Assembly (NCBI GenBank): GCA_964557495.1
Contig: CAZLBF010000120.1
Location: forward strand, 1-53,206
Length of the DNA: 53,206 nt
Direction: 5' to 3'
From: an uncultured Myxococcales bacterium
GTDB taxonomy: Bacteria; Myxococcota_A; UBA9160; SZUA-336
The position numbers and the translations under genes are program-made. Shown piece by piece: positions 23,516 to 35,256 of this stretch (positions are counted from its first letter, which is position 1; each line of letters begins with the position of its first letter). Under the pieces are notes generated by a model that did no database searches, was not told the origin of the DNA, and worked only from the letters and a program-made list of their open reading frames with translations.

Positions 23516-24205
23516 GTGTCGCATCCCCTCCATCTGTTCCACATGCTCGAGCCCTACCTGCCCATGACGCTCGCGACCATGCTCGCGTGCCTCGGCGTGA
23601 CCCTGCTGGTCGCGTTCAGCGTCAACCGCGGGCTGCAGAGCTCGGACGGTGTGATTCCCGAGGGGCGGCTCACGCTCCGCAACCTGCTCGAGCTGATGCT
23701 CGAGGGGATGGTCTCGCTGGCGCGGCAGACGATCGGTCCCGACTGGCCGCGCTGGATGCCGCTGATCGGAACCATCGGCTTCTTCATTCTGGTCTCCAAC
23801 CTGATGGGCCTCGTGCCCGGGCTGGCCAACCCCACGTCGTTCATCGAGACGAATCTGGCCTGGGCGTGTCTCGCCTTCGGCGCGTTCAACTATGCGGGGT
23901 TCCACAAACACGGCTGGGGCTACATCAAGCATTTCCTCGGCCCGGTCCCCTGGCTCGCTCCGCTCATGTTTCCGCTGGAGGTGATTCAGAGCCTCGCGCG
24001 GGTCCTCTCGCTCACCGTCCGGCTCACCGCGAACATGTTCGCCGACCACACGCTGGTGGCGGTCTTCCTCGGGTTTCCGGTGATCAGCCTGTTCGTGCCG
24101 TGGCTGGTCATGGGGCTGGGCCTCTTTGTCGCCATCCTTCAGGCGTTCATCTTCGCGTTCCTCACCATGATCTATATCGGGCTGGCCCTCGAGGAAGCCC
24201 ACTAG
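23516..24205 (+). CDS. atpB: F-type ATP synthase subunit a
   Basis: Conserved a-subunit motifs are present, including the essential Arg (LSLTVRLTANMFADH). I propose a GTG start at 23516 with GGAAGGAGAG upstream. The track ORF from 22979 is an artefactual extension. Confidence 0.93.
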   Translation: MSHPLHLFHMLEPYLPMTLATMLACLGVTLLVAFSVNRGLQSSDGVIPEGRLTLRNLLELMLEGMVSLARQTIGPDWPRWMPLIGTIGFFILVSNLMGLVPGLANPTSFIETNLAWACLAFGAFNYAGFHKHGWGYIKHFLGPVPWLAPLMFPLEVIQSLARVLSLTVRLTANMFADHTLVAVFLGFPVISLFVPWLVMGLGLFVAILQAFIFAFLTMIYIGLALEEAH

Positions 24206-24232
24206 TCAATCTCGTTTCCAGGAGGTGATTCG

Positions 24233-24547
24233 ATGCGAGTTCTCTCGACCCTAGTTGTGGCTACGCTGGTGCTGACCCTGGCGCCCGATCTCGCCTGGGC
24301 GGCCGAAGAGGGCGGCTCCTCGGGGTGGGGCATTGCGCTGGGGGCGGGTCTCGCGATGGGTCTCGCCGGACTCGGCTGCGGACTCGGGCAGGGATTCGCG
24401 ACCTCGGGAGCCGTGCAGGGCATCGCTCGCAATCCGGGCGCCGCGGGCACGATCCAGACCCCGATGATCATCGGCCTGGCCCTGATCGAGTCGATCTCGC
24501 TCTACGGCTTCGTGATCGCGATTCTCCTGTGGAATCTGATCAGCTAG
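24233..24547 (+). CDS. atpE: F-type ATP synthase subunit c with N-terminal signal-peptide-like extension
   Basis: 104 aa. The hairpin core reads GLGQGFA...ARNPGAAG...[20 protein letters not shown]. About 25 N-terminal residues ([26 protein letters not shown]) resemble a cleavable signal peptide. Confidence 0.93.
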   Translation: MRVLSTLVVATLVLTLAPDLAWAAEEGGSSGWGIALGAGLAMGLAGLGCGLGQGFATSGAVQGIARNPGAAGTIQTPMIIGLALIESISLYGFVIAILLWNLIS

Positions 24548-24554
24548 GTTGAGC

Positions 24555-24603
24555 AGAGAACGCCCGCGCCTCCCGAGGGGGGCGCGGGCGTTCTCTTGTT
24601 TCG
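24555..24603 (+). terminator. Rho-independent terminator after atpE
   Basis: A perfect 16-bp stem pairs AGAGAACGCCCGCGCC (24555-24570) with GGCGCGGGCGTTCTCT (24581-24596) and is followed by TGTTT. It sits between convergent genes. Confidence 0.8.
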
Positions 24604-24631
24604 CCGCTCCCGCTGATTCGCGGAACGCGAA

Positions 24632-25975
24632 TCAGCGGCCCTTGTTCAGGCGGCCGATGTCGATGTAGCGGCGGATCTTGCCCTTGCTCGGCAGCGGCGT
24701 GCCGTGGCTGTTCCAGAACTCGATCCGGTTCCCCGTCCCGGTCTGCACGTTCACGATGATGTCGCTGACGATGCGCAGATCCTTCGGCTCCGGCACTCCC
24801 TCCCAGGCCGGCATCCAGTTGCCGTCCTTCTCCAGCGGAGAGGTGGTCTCGGCCGTCTCGCCGTTCCAGTCGTCCGAGTAGCGGTGGTTGTGCCAGATGA
24901 GCTTCCACAGCTCCTGCTTGCGGTCGTACGCGAAGCTGTAGAGCGGCTCGAAGGTCTCCTTGTCGAGGTAGATGTCCTTGTGGTGGTACGGGTGGTCGTC
25001 GTTCTTCGGGTCGAACTTGATGATCCACGCGTCGCGCAGCTCCCAGCGGTCGTTCGCGAACGAGAAGCCGTAGGGGCCGAAGTTGTAGTCGTCGCGGTAC
25101 GGATAGGCGAGCGTCTTGGTGTTGAAGGGCGAAATGATCTGCGCCTCGCCCAGGCACTCCCAGCTGTACTGGGGCGGGATGCCCGAGAAGCTGCGCAGGT
25201 CGTCCATCGTGAAGTCGGTGCCCTGGACCGAGTCGGTGCGCTGCGCCGTCGAGATGCGCCGCACGCGGCGCAGGTCGGGCAGGTAGACCCAGGTGTCGTC
25301 GTTCTTGGCCTCGTCCAGCGGCCCGTTGGCCGACTCGTAGCGGTAGGTCATCAGCAGGATGCCGCGCGCGTCGAACGGCGCCTCGACCTCGATCCCGAAG
25401 GCGGATCCCCGCTTCTCGTTCTTGAAGATGTTGCGGTCGTTCGCGAGGTACTGCTCCTCGACCCGGTGCTTGAGCCCGATCCCCTTGGAGGTCCCCTCGT
25501 AGTAGAGGGGCAGCTGCTCACCCCGGTCCCAGTAGGTGTAGGACCAGGTCGACTGGTGCCCGTCCCCGTTCCAGGTCTTGACGAAGTTCCAGATGATCTT
25601 GAGCCCGGCGTCGGGATCGCCCTTGCAGTCGATGTCATCGGGCCAGAAGGGCAGCCCGGCCACGTCTCCCACGATCGAGCCGTCCTTGCCGAGGCTGGCC
25701 TTGCCCTTGTTCTCGATGCTGGCCTTCTCGTAGGCCTCCGCCGCGCCGTACTTCCGGAAGAAGGGGCCGATCTCGATCTCCATCCCCTCGTAGAAGAAGT
25801 ACTCCCGGTTCTCCCAGAACTGCGGCGGCAGGTAGTCCTTGAGCTTGTCGAGCTGCTCGTAGCTGAGCACCTCCCCCTCCTGGAAGGGAACGCCGGGCAC
25901 GACGTCTTCGGTCGACTCCTGAGCCACGGCCAAGAGCGGCAGCCCCATGACCAGAATCCCCAAGATCAGGCGCAT
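24632..25975 (-). CDS. DUF1329 / LolA-like outer-membrane lipoprotein-sorting family protein (secreted)
   Basis: Signal peptide MRLILGILVMGLPLLAVAQE, plus the family-like motif DDTWVYLPDLRRVRRISTAQRTDSVQGTDFTMDDL. I chose the ATG at 25975, which has GGGAGGA 7 nt upstream. The family assignment is from memory. Confidence 0.6.
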   Translation of the reverse strand: MRLILGILVMGLPLLAVAQESTEDVVPGVPFQEGEVLSYEQLDKLKDYLPPQFWENREYFFYEGMEIEIGPFFRKYGAAEAYEKASIENKGKASLGKDGSIVGDVAGLPFWPDDIDCKGDPDAGLKIIWNFVKTWNGDGHQSTWSYTYWDRGEQLPLYYEGTSKGIGLKHRVEEQYLANDRNIFKNEKRGSAFGIEVEAPFDARGILLMTYRYESANGPLDEAKNDDTWVYLPDLRRVRRISTAQRTDSVQGTDFTMDDLRSFSGIPPQYSWECLGEAQIISPFNTKTLAYPYRDDYNFGPYGFSFANDRWELRDAWIIKFDPKNDDHPYHHKDIYLDKETFEPLYSFAYDRKQELWKLIWHNHRYSDDWNGETAETTSPLEKDGNWMPAWEGVPEPKDLRIVSDIIVNVQTGTGNRIEFWNSHGTPLPSKGKIRRYIDIGRLNKGR

Positions 25976-26075
25976 GCGTGATCCTCCCGCCGGACCTGGG
26001 TCCGGCCCCGTCCACCGCCCCCGCAACCGAGTATTGTAGCTCTACTCCGCGCGGTGCGGGATGCGAATTCGTCGG

Positions 26076-26981
26076 CTAGGCGAAGCTCTCCAGCGAGGCC
26101 GCTCGGAACGCCGTGAGCGCGGCTCCCCGGTAGCCCTCGGCGACCTCGTTCAGCCAGATGAAGTCGGTGAGCGGCGGGCGGCCCGGATCGAAGCGGGTCA
26201 GGCGCCGGCGCCGGATCCACGGCTCCGCGACGTCGCCGGGGAGTACCCCGATGCCCGCGCGGTTCAGGAGCAGCTCGAGCACGAGGTCGGTGGTGGCGGC
26301 CCAGACCCGGATGTCCGCTCCCCGGACGGCGGCCTCGGGGCCGTAGTGGTGGGCGAGCCAGCGGTCGATCAGCGGGTCGCTCCGGTAGTAGTCGACCAGC
26401 GGCGTGCGCGCGAGCGCGTCGAGGTCGAAGCCCGGGTGGAAGAACTTCCGATGCCCGACCAGGACCAGCTCCTGCTCGAACAGGCGAGTCGCCGTGATGC
26501 GCGGGCTCGATCCAGCCCGGGACTGGAAAGAGAAGACGAAGTCGAGCCGGTTGGCGAGCAGGAGAGCGTCGAGATCCTCCTGCGGGGCGTAGCGGACGCG
26601 GATGTGTGCGGCGTCGTGGCGGCTCGAGAAGGCGGCCAGGAAGCGGCCCAGCCTGACGCGCGGAAAGCCCAGGAAGAGCCCCACGCGGATCGGCCCGGAG
26701 GCCCGCCCGCGCGCGTCGGCGATCTCGTCGAGCGTGCGGCGAAGCTCGAGCTGGTGCTCCCGGAATCGCTCGGAGAGGACCTGCCCCTCTCGGGTCAGGA
26801 GCAGGCGCTTGCCGACGCGGTCGAAGAGCGAGATGCCCAGCGCCCCCTCAAGGGAGGAGAGGCTCTGGCTGACTGCCGACCGGGTCAGCGCCAGCCGCTT
26901 GGCTGCTCCGGTCACCCCCCCCTGCTCCACGACCGCGAAGAATACGCGCAGCTTGTTCAGGTCTACATCGTTCACTGACAC
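26076..26981 (-). CDS. LysR-family transcriptional regulator
   Basis: 301 aa with an N-terminal wHTH (LRVFFAVVEQGGVTGAAKRLALTRSAVSQSLSSLE) and a LysR substrate-binding domain. Confidence 0.92.
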   Translation of the reverse strand: MSVNDVDLNKLRVFFAVVEQGGVTGAAKRLALTRSAVSQSLSSLEGALGISLFDRVGKRLLLTREGQVLSERFREHQLELRRTLDEIADARGRASGPIRVGLFLGFPRVRLGRFLAAFSSRHDAAHIRVRYAPQEDLDALLLANRLDFVFSFQSRAGSSPRITATRLFEQELVLVGHRKFFHPGFDLDALARTPLVDYYRSDPLIDRWLAHHYGPEAAVRGADIRVWAATTDLVLELLLNRAGIGVLPGDVAEPWIRRRRLTRFDPGRPPLTDFIWLNEVAEGYRGAALTAFRAASLESFA

Positions 26982-27068
26982 TAAACAAAAACTGTAGGAG
27001 AGTTAATTTTCCTTATCAATTTGCCGGTGGCATGCTCTCGGCCTCGGCCTGAATGGGGGAGATCGAGC

Positions 27069-27440
27069 ATGGATTCCCTGAGAACCGTCCTGGCGTTCGA
27101 AGACCTGCGCCTCCGGGTGCGGCTGGGCTGCACGGAGAGCGAGCGGGCCACGCCCCAGGGGGTCGCACTCGGCGTCTCGATCCGGTTCGCGGAGCCGCCG
27201 CCTGCCTGCCAAACCGACCGCCTCGCGGACACCATCTGCTACGCGACGCTGGCCGAGGCGGCGCGCAAGTGCTGCGCGGGCCGGGAGTTCCAGACGATCG
27301 AGCGGCTCGCCTGCGACCTCCACCGGGAGCTCGCCGGGCTGCTTCCGCCCGGGGCGACGCTCGGGCTTCGCGTCACCAAGCTGCGTCCCCCGGTTCGCCA
27401 CCTGCGCGGCGGCGTCAGCTTCACGATCGGCGACGTCTGA
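27069..27440 (+). CDS. folB: Dihydroneopterin aldolase
   Basis: FolB-like pattern (LRLRVRLGCTESERATPQGVALGVSI...DTICYATL...ERLA..L). I prefer the ATG at 27069, which has GGGGGAG upstream. Confidence 0.8.
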   Translation: MDSLRTVLAFEDLRLRVRLGCTESERATPQGVALGVSIRFAEPPPACQTDRLADTICYATLAEAARKCCAGREFQTIERLACDLHRELAGLLPPGATLGLRVTKLRPPVRHLRGGVSFTIGDV

Positions 27441-27441
27441 G

Positions 27442-28701
27442 GTGCAGCCGGAGCTGGAGCGGAGCGACCCGGAGGTCTTCCGGCTGATCGCGGCGGAGGC
27501 GGAGCGCCAGCGCCGCGGTATCGAGCTGATTCCTTCGGAGAACTACACCTACCCCGAGGTTCTCGCGGCGCTCGGATCGGTTCTCACGAACAAGTACGCC
27601 GAGGGCTACCCGGGCAGGCGCTACTACGGCGGCAACACCTACACGGACCGCATCGAGGAGCTGGCGCGCTCGCGCGCCTGCCAGGTCTTCCGCGCGGAGC
27701 ACGCCAACGTGCAGCCGCTCTCCGGCTCCCCGATGAACCAGGCCGCGTACCTGGCGTTCATGGATCCCGGCGACACGATCCTGGCCATGGACCTCTCGCA
27801 CGGCGGTCACCTGACCCACGGCTCGCCCGTCTCCCACATGGGGAGGCTCTTCCGCTTCGTGCGCTACCGGACCGATCCCGACCGCGAGGGCCGCATCGAC
27901 TTCGAGGCGCTGCGGCGCGTCGCCCGGGAGACCCGACCCAGGATCGTGCTGTGTGGCTACACCTCGTACCCGCGCGACTACGACTACGCTGAATTCAAGC
28001 GGGTCGCCGACGAGGTGGGGGCTCTCTCGATGGCCGACGTCTCGCACGTCGGTGGCCTGATCGCGGCGGGCGCCATGAGCAACCCGTTCGACGCCGGCTT
28101 CGACGTCGTGACGACGACCACGCACAAGTCGCTGCGCGGACCCCGCGGCGGCCTCGTGCTGTGCCGCCGCGAGCTGGCCGAGGCGATCGACCGCTCGGTC
28201 TTTCCCGGGCTTCAGGGCGGGCCACACATGAATGCGATCGCCGGGATCGCGATCGCCCTCGGCAAGGCGCTCGAGCCGGAGTTCAAGACCTACGCAGCTC
28301 AGGTGCTCGCGAACGCGAAGGCCCTGGCGCACGCCCTGCTCGAGGCCGGCTGCGCCCTCGTCACCGGCGGCACCGACAACCACATGCTGGTGCTCGACTC
28401 GATCGAGTCGTTCGGGATCGACGGCCGCCGAGCCGAGCGAACGCTCGACGAGGTGGCGATCACCACGAACAAGCAGGTGATCCCCGACGATCCGAATCCG
28501 CCCCTGCGCCCGAGCGGCATCCGCATCGGCACGCCGGCGGCGACGACGCGCGGGATGCGCGAGCGCGAGATGGCGAGGCTGGGCGAGTGGATCGTGGCTG
28601 CCCTCCGGTCGGCCGACGACGCGCCCGCGCTCGCCGCGCTCCGCAGCCAGGTCGAGGCCCTGTGCGAGGGCTTCCCGGTGCCGGGCATCGACGCGGCCTG
28701 A
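27442..28701 (+). CDS. glyA: Serine hydroxymethyltransferase
   Basis: 419 aa with the conserved motifs ELIPSENYT, YAEGYPGRRYYGG and TTTTHKSLRGPRGG. Confidence 0.98.
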   Translation: MQPELERSDPEVFRLIAAEAERQRRGIELIPSENYTYPEVLAALGSVLTNKYAEGYPGRRYYGGNTYTDRIEELARSRACQVFRAEHANVQPLSGSPMNQAAYLAFMDPGDTILAMDLSHGGHLTHGSPVSHMGRLFRFVRYRTDPDREGRIDFEALRRVARETRPRIVLCGYTSYPRDYDYAEFKRVADEVGALSMADVSHVGGLIAAGAMSNPFDAGFDVVTTTTHKSLRGPRGGLVLCRRELAEAIDRSVFPGLQGGPHMNAIAGIAIALGKALEPEFKTYAAQVLANAKALAHALLEAGCALVTGGTDNHMLVLDSIESFGIDGRRAERTLDEVAITTNKQVIPDDPNPPLRPSGIRIGTPAATTRGMREREMARLGEWIVAALRSADDAPALAALRSQVEALCEGFPVPGIDAA

Positions 28702-28717
28702 CCCGCCCCTGCAGCCG

Positions 28718-28765
28718 CGTCCGTTAGCCGGGGCGCTGGCCCGTCCGTTGGCCGGGGCGCTGGCC
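28718..28765. repeat. Tandem 24-bp direct repeat (CGTCCGTTRGCCGGGGCGCTGGCC x2)
   Basis: The copies at 28718-28741 and 28742-28765 differ at one base (A/G). They lie in the glyA-tmk spacer. Confidence 0.9.
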
Positions 28766-28917
28766 GGGGGGACGCGGATTCACGACTCTGCCGGCACGCG
28801 TTCACATTCCGGGGTTCGAATGCAGCGAAGACGAGCACTTCCGGTGGGCACGCCCGTTGCTCTCTCCATCCGTGGCTCGACGCGGGACTCCCTCTTCCGG
28901 GACCGGGGACCCGAGCC

Positions 28918-29595
28918 GTGCCAAGCCGGATGGGGGATGGGAATCGGCGTGCGATTAACGGGGTGAGGCGCGCGTCGTCCCCATCCGGCGATCCCGGCTC
29001 CGGTCGCTCGCGGCCGGGGCTGTTCATCGTTCTCGAGGGCATCGACGGGGCGGGCAAGAGCGAGCAGATCGGGCGGCTGGCCGCGTGGCTCCGCGAGGCG
29101 GGGGAGACGGTCGTCGCAACCTGCGAGCCGACCGACGGGATCTGGGGGCGTCGCTATCGCGAGTGGGCGCGGGGCGGCTCCGAGGCGAGTGCCGACGAGG
29201 TGCTGCAGTTCTTCGTCGAGGACCGCCGCGAGCACGTTCGCGACGTGATCCAGCCCGCGCTCTCGCGCGGCGAGGTCGTGGTCTGCGATCGCTACGCCGC
29301 CTCGACCCTCGCGTATCAGGCGGCGCAGGGTGTCGAGCGGGCGCGACTTCGGGCGATCTTCGACGCCGAGGACTTTCCGCAGCCCGACCTCGAGCTCTGG
29401 CTGCGCATTCCCGTCGCCTCGGCGTTGGCGCGCCTGGGAGAGCGCGCCAGCGAGCGCTTCGAACGGGCCGCCTTCCTGGAGCGGGTCGACGCCGAGTACG
29501 CGCGCCTCGGTCTCACGGAGGTCGACGCGGCCGGCACTCCCGACGAGGTCGAGGCCGCGATCCGCGCGCGCGTCGAGCGGCTGCTGCGGGACTGA
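28918..29595 (+). CDS. tmk: Thymidylate kinase
   Basis: P-loop LFIVLEGIDGAGKSEQ and the DRY motif (VCDRYAAST) are present. The start is uncertain: GTG 28918, ATG 28930 and GTG 28963 are all in frame. Confidence 0.9.
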   Translation: MPSRMGDGNRRAINGVRRASSPSGDPGSGRSRPGLFIVLEGIDGAGKSEQIGRLAAWLREAGETVVATCEPTDGIWGRRYREWARGGSEASADEVLQFFVEDRREHVRDVIQPALSRGEVVVCDRYAASTLAYQAAQGVERARLRAIFDAEDFPQPDLELWLRIPVASALARLGERASERFERAAFLERVDAEYARLGLTEVDAAGTPDEVEAAIRARVERLLRD

Positions 29596-29643
29596 CGCGA
29601 GCCCCGGGCTCGGATCGGGCGCGTATGCCTCCCGCGTCGACGG

Positions 29644-30479
29644 TCAGCGGCTGGAGTCGGGCTCGCTCTCCTCGACCTCGATCTCGAGCGGTGTGACGAA
29701 GAGCGCCGATGAGCGACACAGGCGGAGGCCGACGCCCACCGAGAGGGCGGCCGGCACCAGGTAGGCGAGCGGGGTGTGGGGTGCGCTCGTGTCGTCGAAG
29801 CCGGGAATGCCGAAGAAGTCGCGCGCGGCGAGCACGCCGAGCAGCCCGAGTGCCGCATTGAGCAGGAGCCCGGGCAGAATCGAGCCCGAGCAGATACGCA
29901 GCACGCCGAGCAGCAGCGCGGTCGAAGCGACGTAGGCGAACGCCCAGTGGCCGATCACGATCGATGCGGCCATGCCGTTCAGGAGCGCCATGAAGCCGAC
30001 TCCGCCGAGCTTCCCCCAGGCCCGCGTGAGGCCCGGCAGGATCAGACCGCGGTAGTAGACCTCCTCGATCACGGGGATCACGAGCGTGAACACCAGCAGC
30101 CACTCCAGCAGCCGCGCGGTGTCGCTCGGGGGCGCCGACTCTCCGAGCTCCGGTGGCGGGGGGAGCAGGAGCTTGTAGAGGTTGTCGATCTCGCTCGCGA
30201 TCAGTGCTGCCGCGAGCAGGAAGGGCACCGCCAGCCACGCCTGCGCGGGCGCTCCGCGAAAGCCGAGGTGCGGTCCGGGCGGCGCCGGAACGCGGGCGGC
30301 CCCGAGTGCGAAGGCCAGGCCGAACGCGACCAGGGCCGAGAGCGCGAACAGCGAGGCAGCCGGGTCGCCGGTCGCGTCGAACAGCAGCACCGCGATCGTT
30401 CCCTGCAGGAAGGCGGCGAAGAGTGTGAGACCGAGCGCCCAGCCAGGGGTCAGGAAGGCGCGGGCCTCGCCACCCGGGA

Positions 30480-30483
<4 letters not shown>
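29644..30483 (-). CDS. CPBP-family (CAAX-type) intramembrane glutamic protease
   Basis: 279 aa and polytopic, with the EEVYYRG motif (EExxxR) and a later His-containing helix (IVIGHWAF). The ATG overlaps the uvrA stop as ATGA. The 815-aa track ORF is an artefactual extension. Confidence 0.8.
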
Positions 30484-33334
<2,851 letters not shown>

Positions 33335-33338
<4 letters not shown>

Positions 33339-34285
33339 GCTCGCTCCCCCCTCCGCTCGCCCCGAACGTTCCGGACGAGCTCCGCCGCGAGCCGGATCGC
33401 CTCGACCATCGAGCCGGAGTCGGCAACTCCCCGGCCCGCGATGTCGAAGGCCGTGCCGTGGTCGACGCTGGTGCGCAGAATCGGCAGACCGAGCGTCACG
33501 TTCACGGCTCGACCGAACGCGTGCAGCTTGAGCGGGCCGAGGGCCTGATCATGGTACATCCCGAGCACCGCATCGAACTCGCCGGAGGCGGCGCGGTGGA
33601 ACAGGGAGTCGGCCGCGAAGGGCCCGGTCGCCTGGACTCCCCGCGCCCGCGCCGCCAGGATGGCCGGAGCGATCGCCTCGATCTCCTCGCGGCCGAAGCG
33701 CCCGCCCTCGCCGGCGTGGGGATTGAGCCCGCACACGGCGATGCGCGGTGCGGCAAGGCCGAACTGGCGCCGCAGGTCGACGTGGACGACGTCGAGCGTC
33801 TCGAGCACCCGGGCCTCGGTGATGCGGTCGGGAACCTCGCGGAGTGCGCAGTGAATGGTCACGAGCGCGACCCGGAGCGAGCCTCCGACGAGCAGCATCA
33901 CGGCGCGCCCGCGCCCCGCCTCCTCCTGGAGCAGCTCTGTGTGGCCCGGGTACCCGAAGCCCCCGCGCGCGAGGATCTCCTTGGAGATCGGGGCCGTCAC
34001 GATCGCGTCCAGCTCGCCGGCCATGTAGTCGCGACAGGCGCTCCGGATGGCATCCACGATCCCCTGGGCCGCCTCGGCGGTCGGGGCGCCCGGCTCGACG
34101 GTGGCGCTCGAGATCGGACGTGTCGCGACGTCCGGGGGCAGCGGGCCGGCGCGGGCCACGGCCTCGACGTCGCCGTACACCCGAACGGTCGCCCCGCCGT
34201 GTGCGCCGGCGCCGAGTGCGGCGGACACGACCTCCGGGCCGATCCCCGCCGGGTCGCCCACGGTGATGCCGAGGCGCGGTGTCAT
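33335..34285 (-). CDS. pdxA: 4-hydroxythreonine-4-phosphate dehydrogenase
   Basis: This is the C-terminal 316 codons of the 683-aa track ORF, with PdxA motifs [25 protein letters not shown] and DHGTAFD. The ATG at 34285 overlaps the surA stop. Confidence 0.93.
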
Positions 34286-35256
34286 TTCAGATCCGGTGCC
34301 ACCACCTCGACGTAGACCTGGGAGCGCAGCTCCTTGACCCATGCGTCGATCTCGGGGTTCACCTTGCGCTCCGTGAGCTCGTAGCGGAGGTTGTCTTCGA
34401 CCGACTCGTACGCGACCGCTCCGGCGTCGAAGCGCTCGATCAGCTGGATCAGGTTGACGCCGTGCGAGGTCTCGATCGGCGGGCTGACCTCGCCGGGCTC
34501 GAGCTCGAAGGCCCATTTCTCGATCTCGCCGTGCGCCTCGCCCTGCCGGAGCGTGGTGCGGCCTCCGTCCATGGCCGAGGGGGCGGCCGAGAACTGCTGG
34601 GCGAGCGATGCGAAGCTTCGACCCTCCTCCAGGGCGTGCAGGATCTCCCCGGCGATCTTGAGCGACACCTCGCGCGGCTCGCCGCTCTCCGGGTCGGGCC
34701 ACGGGATCAGGATGTGGCGCACGATGGCGTGCATCCCGGGCTTCTGCTGACCGTAGCGCTCCTCGTAGAGCTCCCGGACCTCCTCGTCCTTGATCGTGAT
34801 GCGCGAGCGCACTGCCGATCCGACCACCTTCATGCGCGTGATCTGCTCGGCCAGCTGCTCCCGGTACTGCTTGCGGTCGAGTCCCTGCTGCCCCGCGGCC
34901 GCGTAGATCTCCTCCACCTCGAGCCCCTCCTGGCGCGCGATCCCCTCGACCGCCTCGTCGACCTCCTCCGGGCTGGCCTCGAGCCCCATGCGCTCCGCCA
35001 TGTTGAGGATCAGCCGGGAGGCGATCAGCGACTCCATCGCCTGAGACCGGATCTCCTGCTGCACCTCCTGCGGGAGGGGTCCGGCGTTCTTGACCGTCAG
35101 CTGCTGGATCAGCGGCTGCGCCTTCGCGTCCACCTCCGAGATCAGGATGACGTCGTCGTCGACGACCGCCGCCACGCCGTCGACCCGATCGGCCGCCGCC
35201 GCCGGGAGGCCGCCGAGCCCGAGGGCGAGGGCGATGAGGAGCCAGCCGCGCGTCAT
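34282..35256 (-). CDS. surA: SurA-like periplasmic chaperone / parvulin PPIase
   Basis: Signal peptide MTRGWLLIALALGLGGLPAAAA, a SurA N-domain-like region (AAVVDDDVILISEVD) and one parvulin domain. It is in the canonical surA-pdxA pairing. Confidence 0.85.
   Translation of the reverse strand: MTRGWLLIALALGLGGLPAAAADRVDGVAAVVDDDVILISEVDAKAQPLIQQLTVKNAGPLPQEVQQEIRSQAMESLIASRLILNMAERMGLEASPEEVDEAVEGIARQEGLEVEEIYAAAGQQGLDRKQYREQLAEQITRMKVVGSAVRSRITIKDEEVRELYEERYGQQKPGMHAIVRHILIPWPDPESGEPREVSLKIAGEILHALEEGRSFASLAQQFSAAPSAMDGGRTTLRQGEAHGEIEKWAFELEPGEVSPPIETSHGVNLIQLIERFDAGAVAYESVEDNLRYELTERKVNPEIDAWVKELRSQVYVEVVAPDLK

Noticed and set aside
25990-26005. Palindrome CCGGACC-TG-GGTCCGG between the LysR stop and the DUF1329 start
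   Set aside because: The stem is short and the loop too small. It is most simply a weak terminator or leader hairpin, and nothing distinguishes it from chance GC-rich palindromes.
28813-28821. GGTTCGAAT string resembling a tRNA T-loop in the glyA-tmk spacer
   Set aside because: The flanking bases (CCGGG / GCAGC) cannot form a T-stem, and I could not fold an acceptor or anticodon arm around it. It is not a tRNA.
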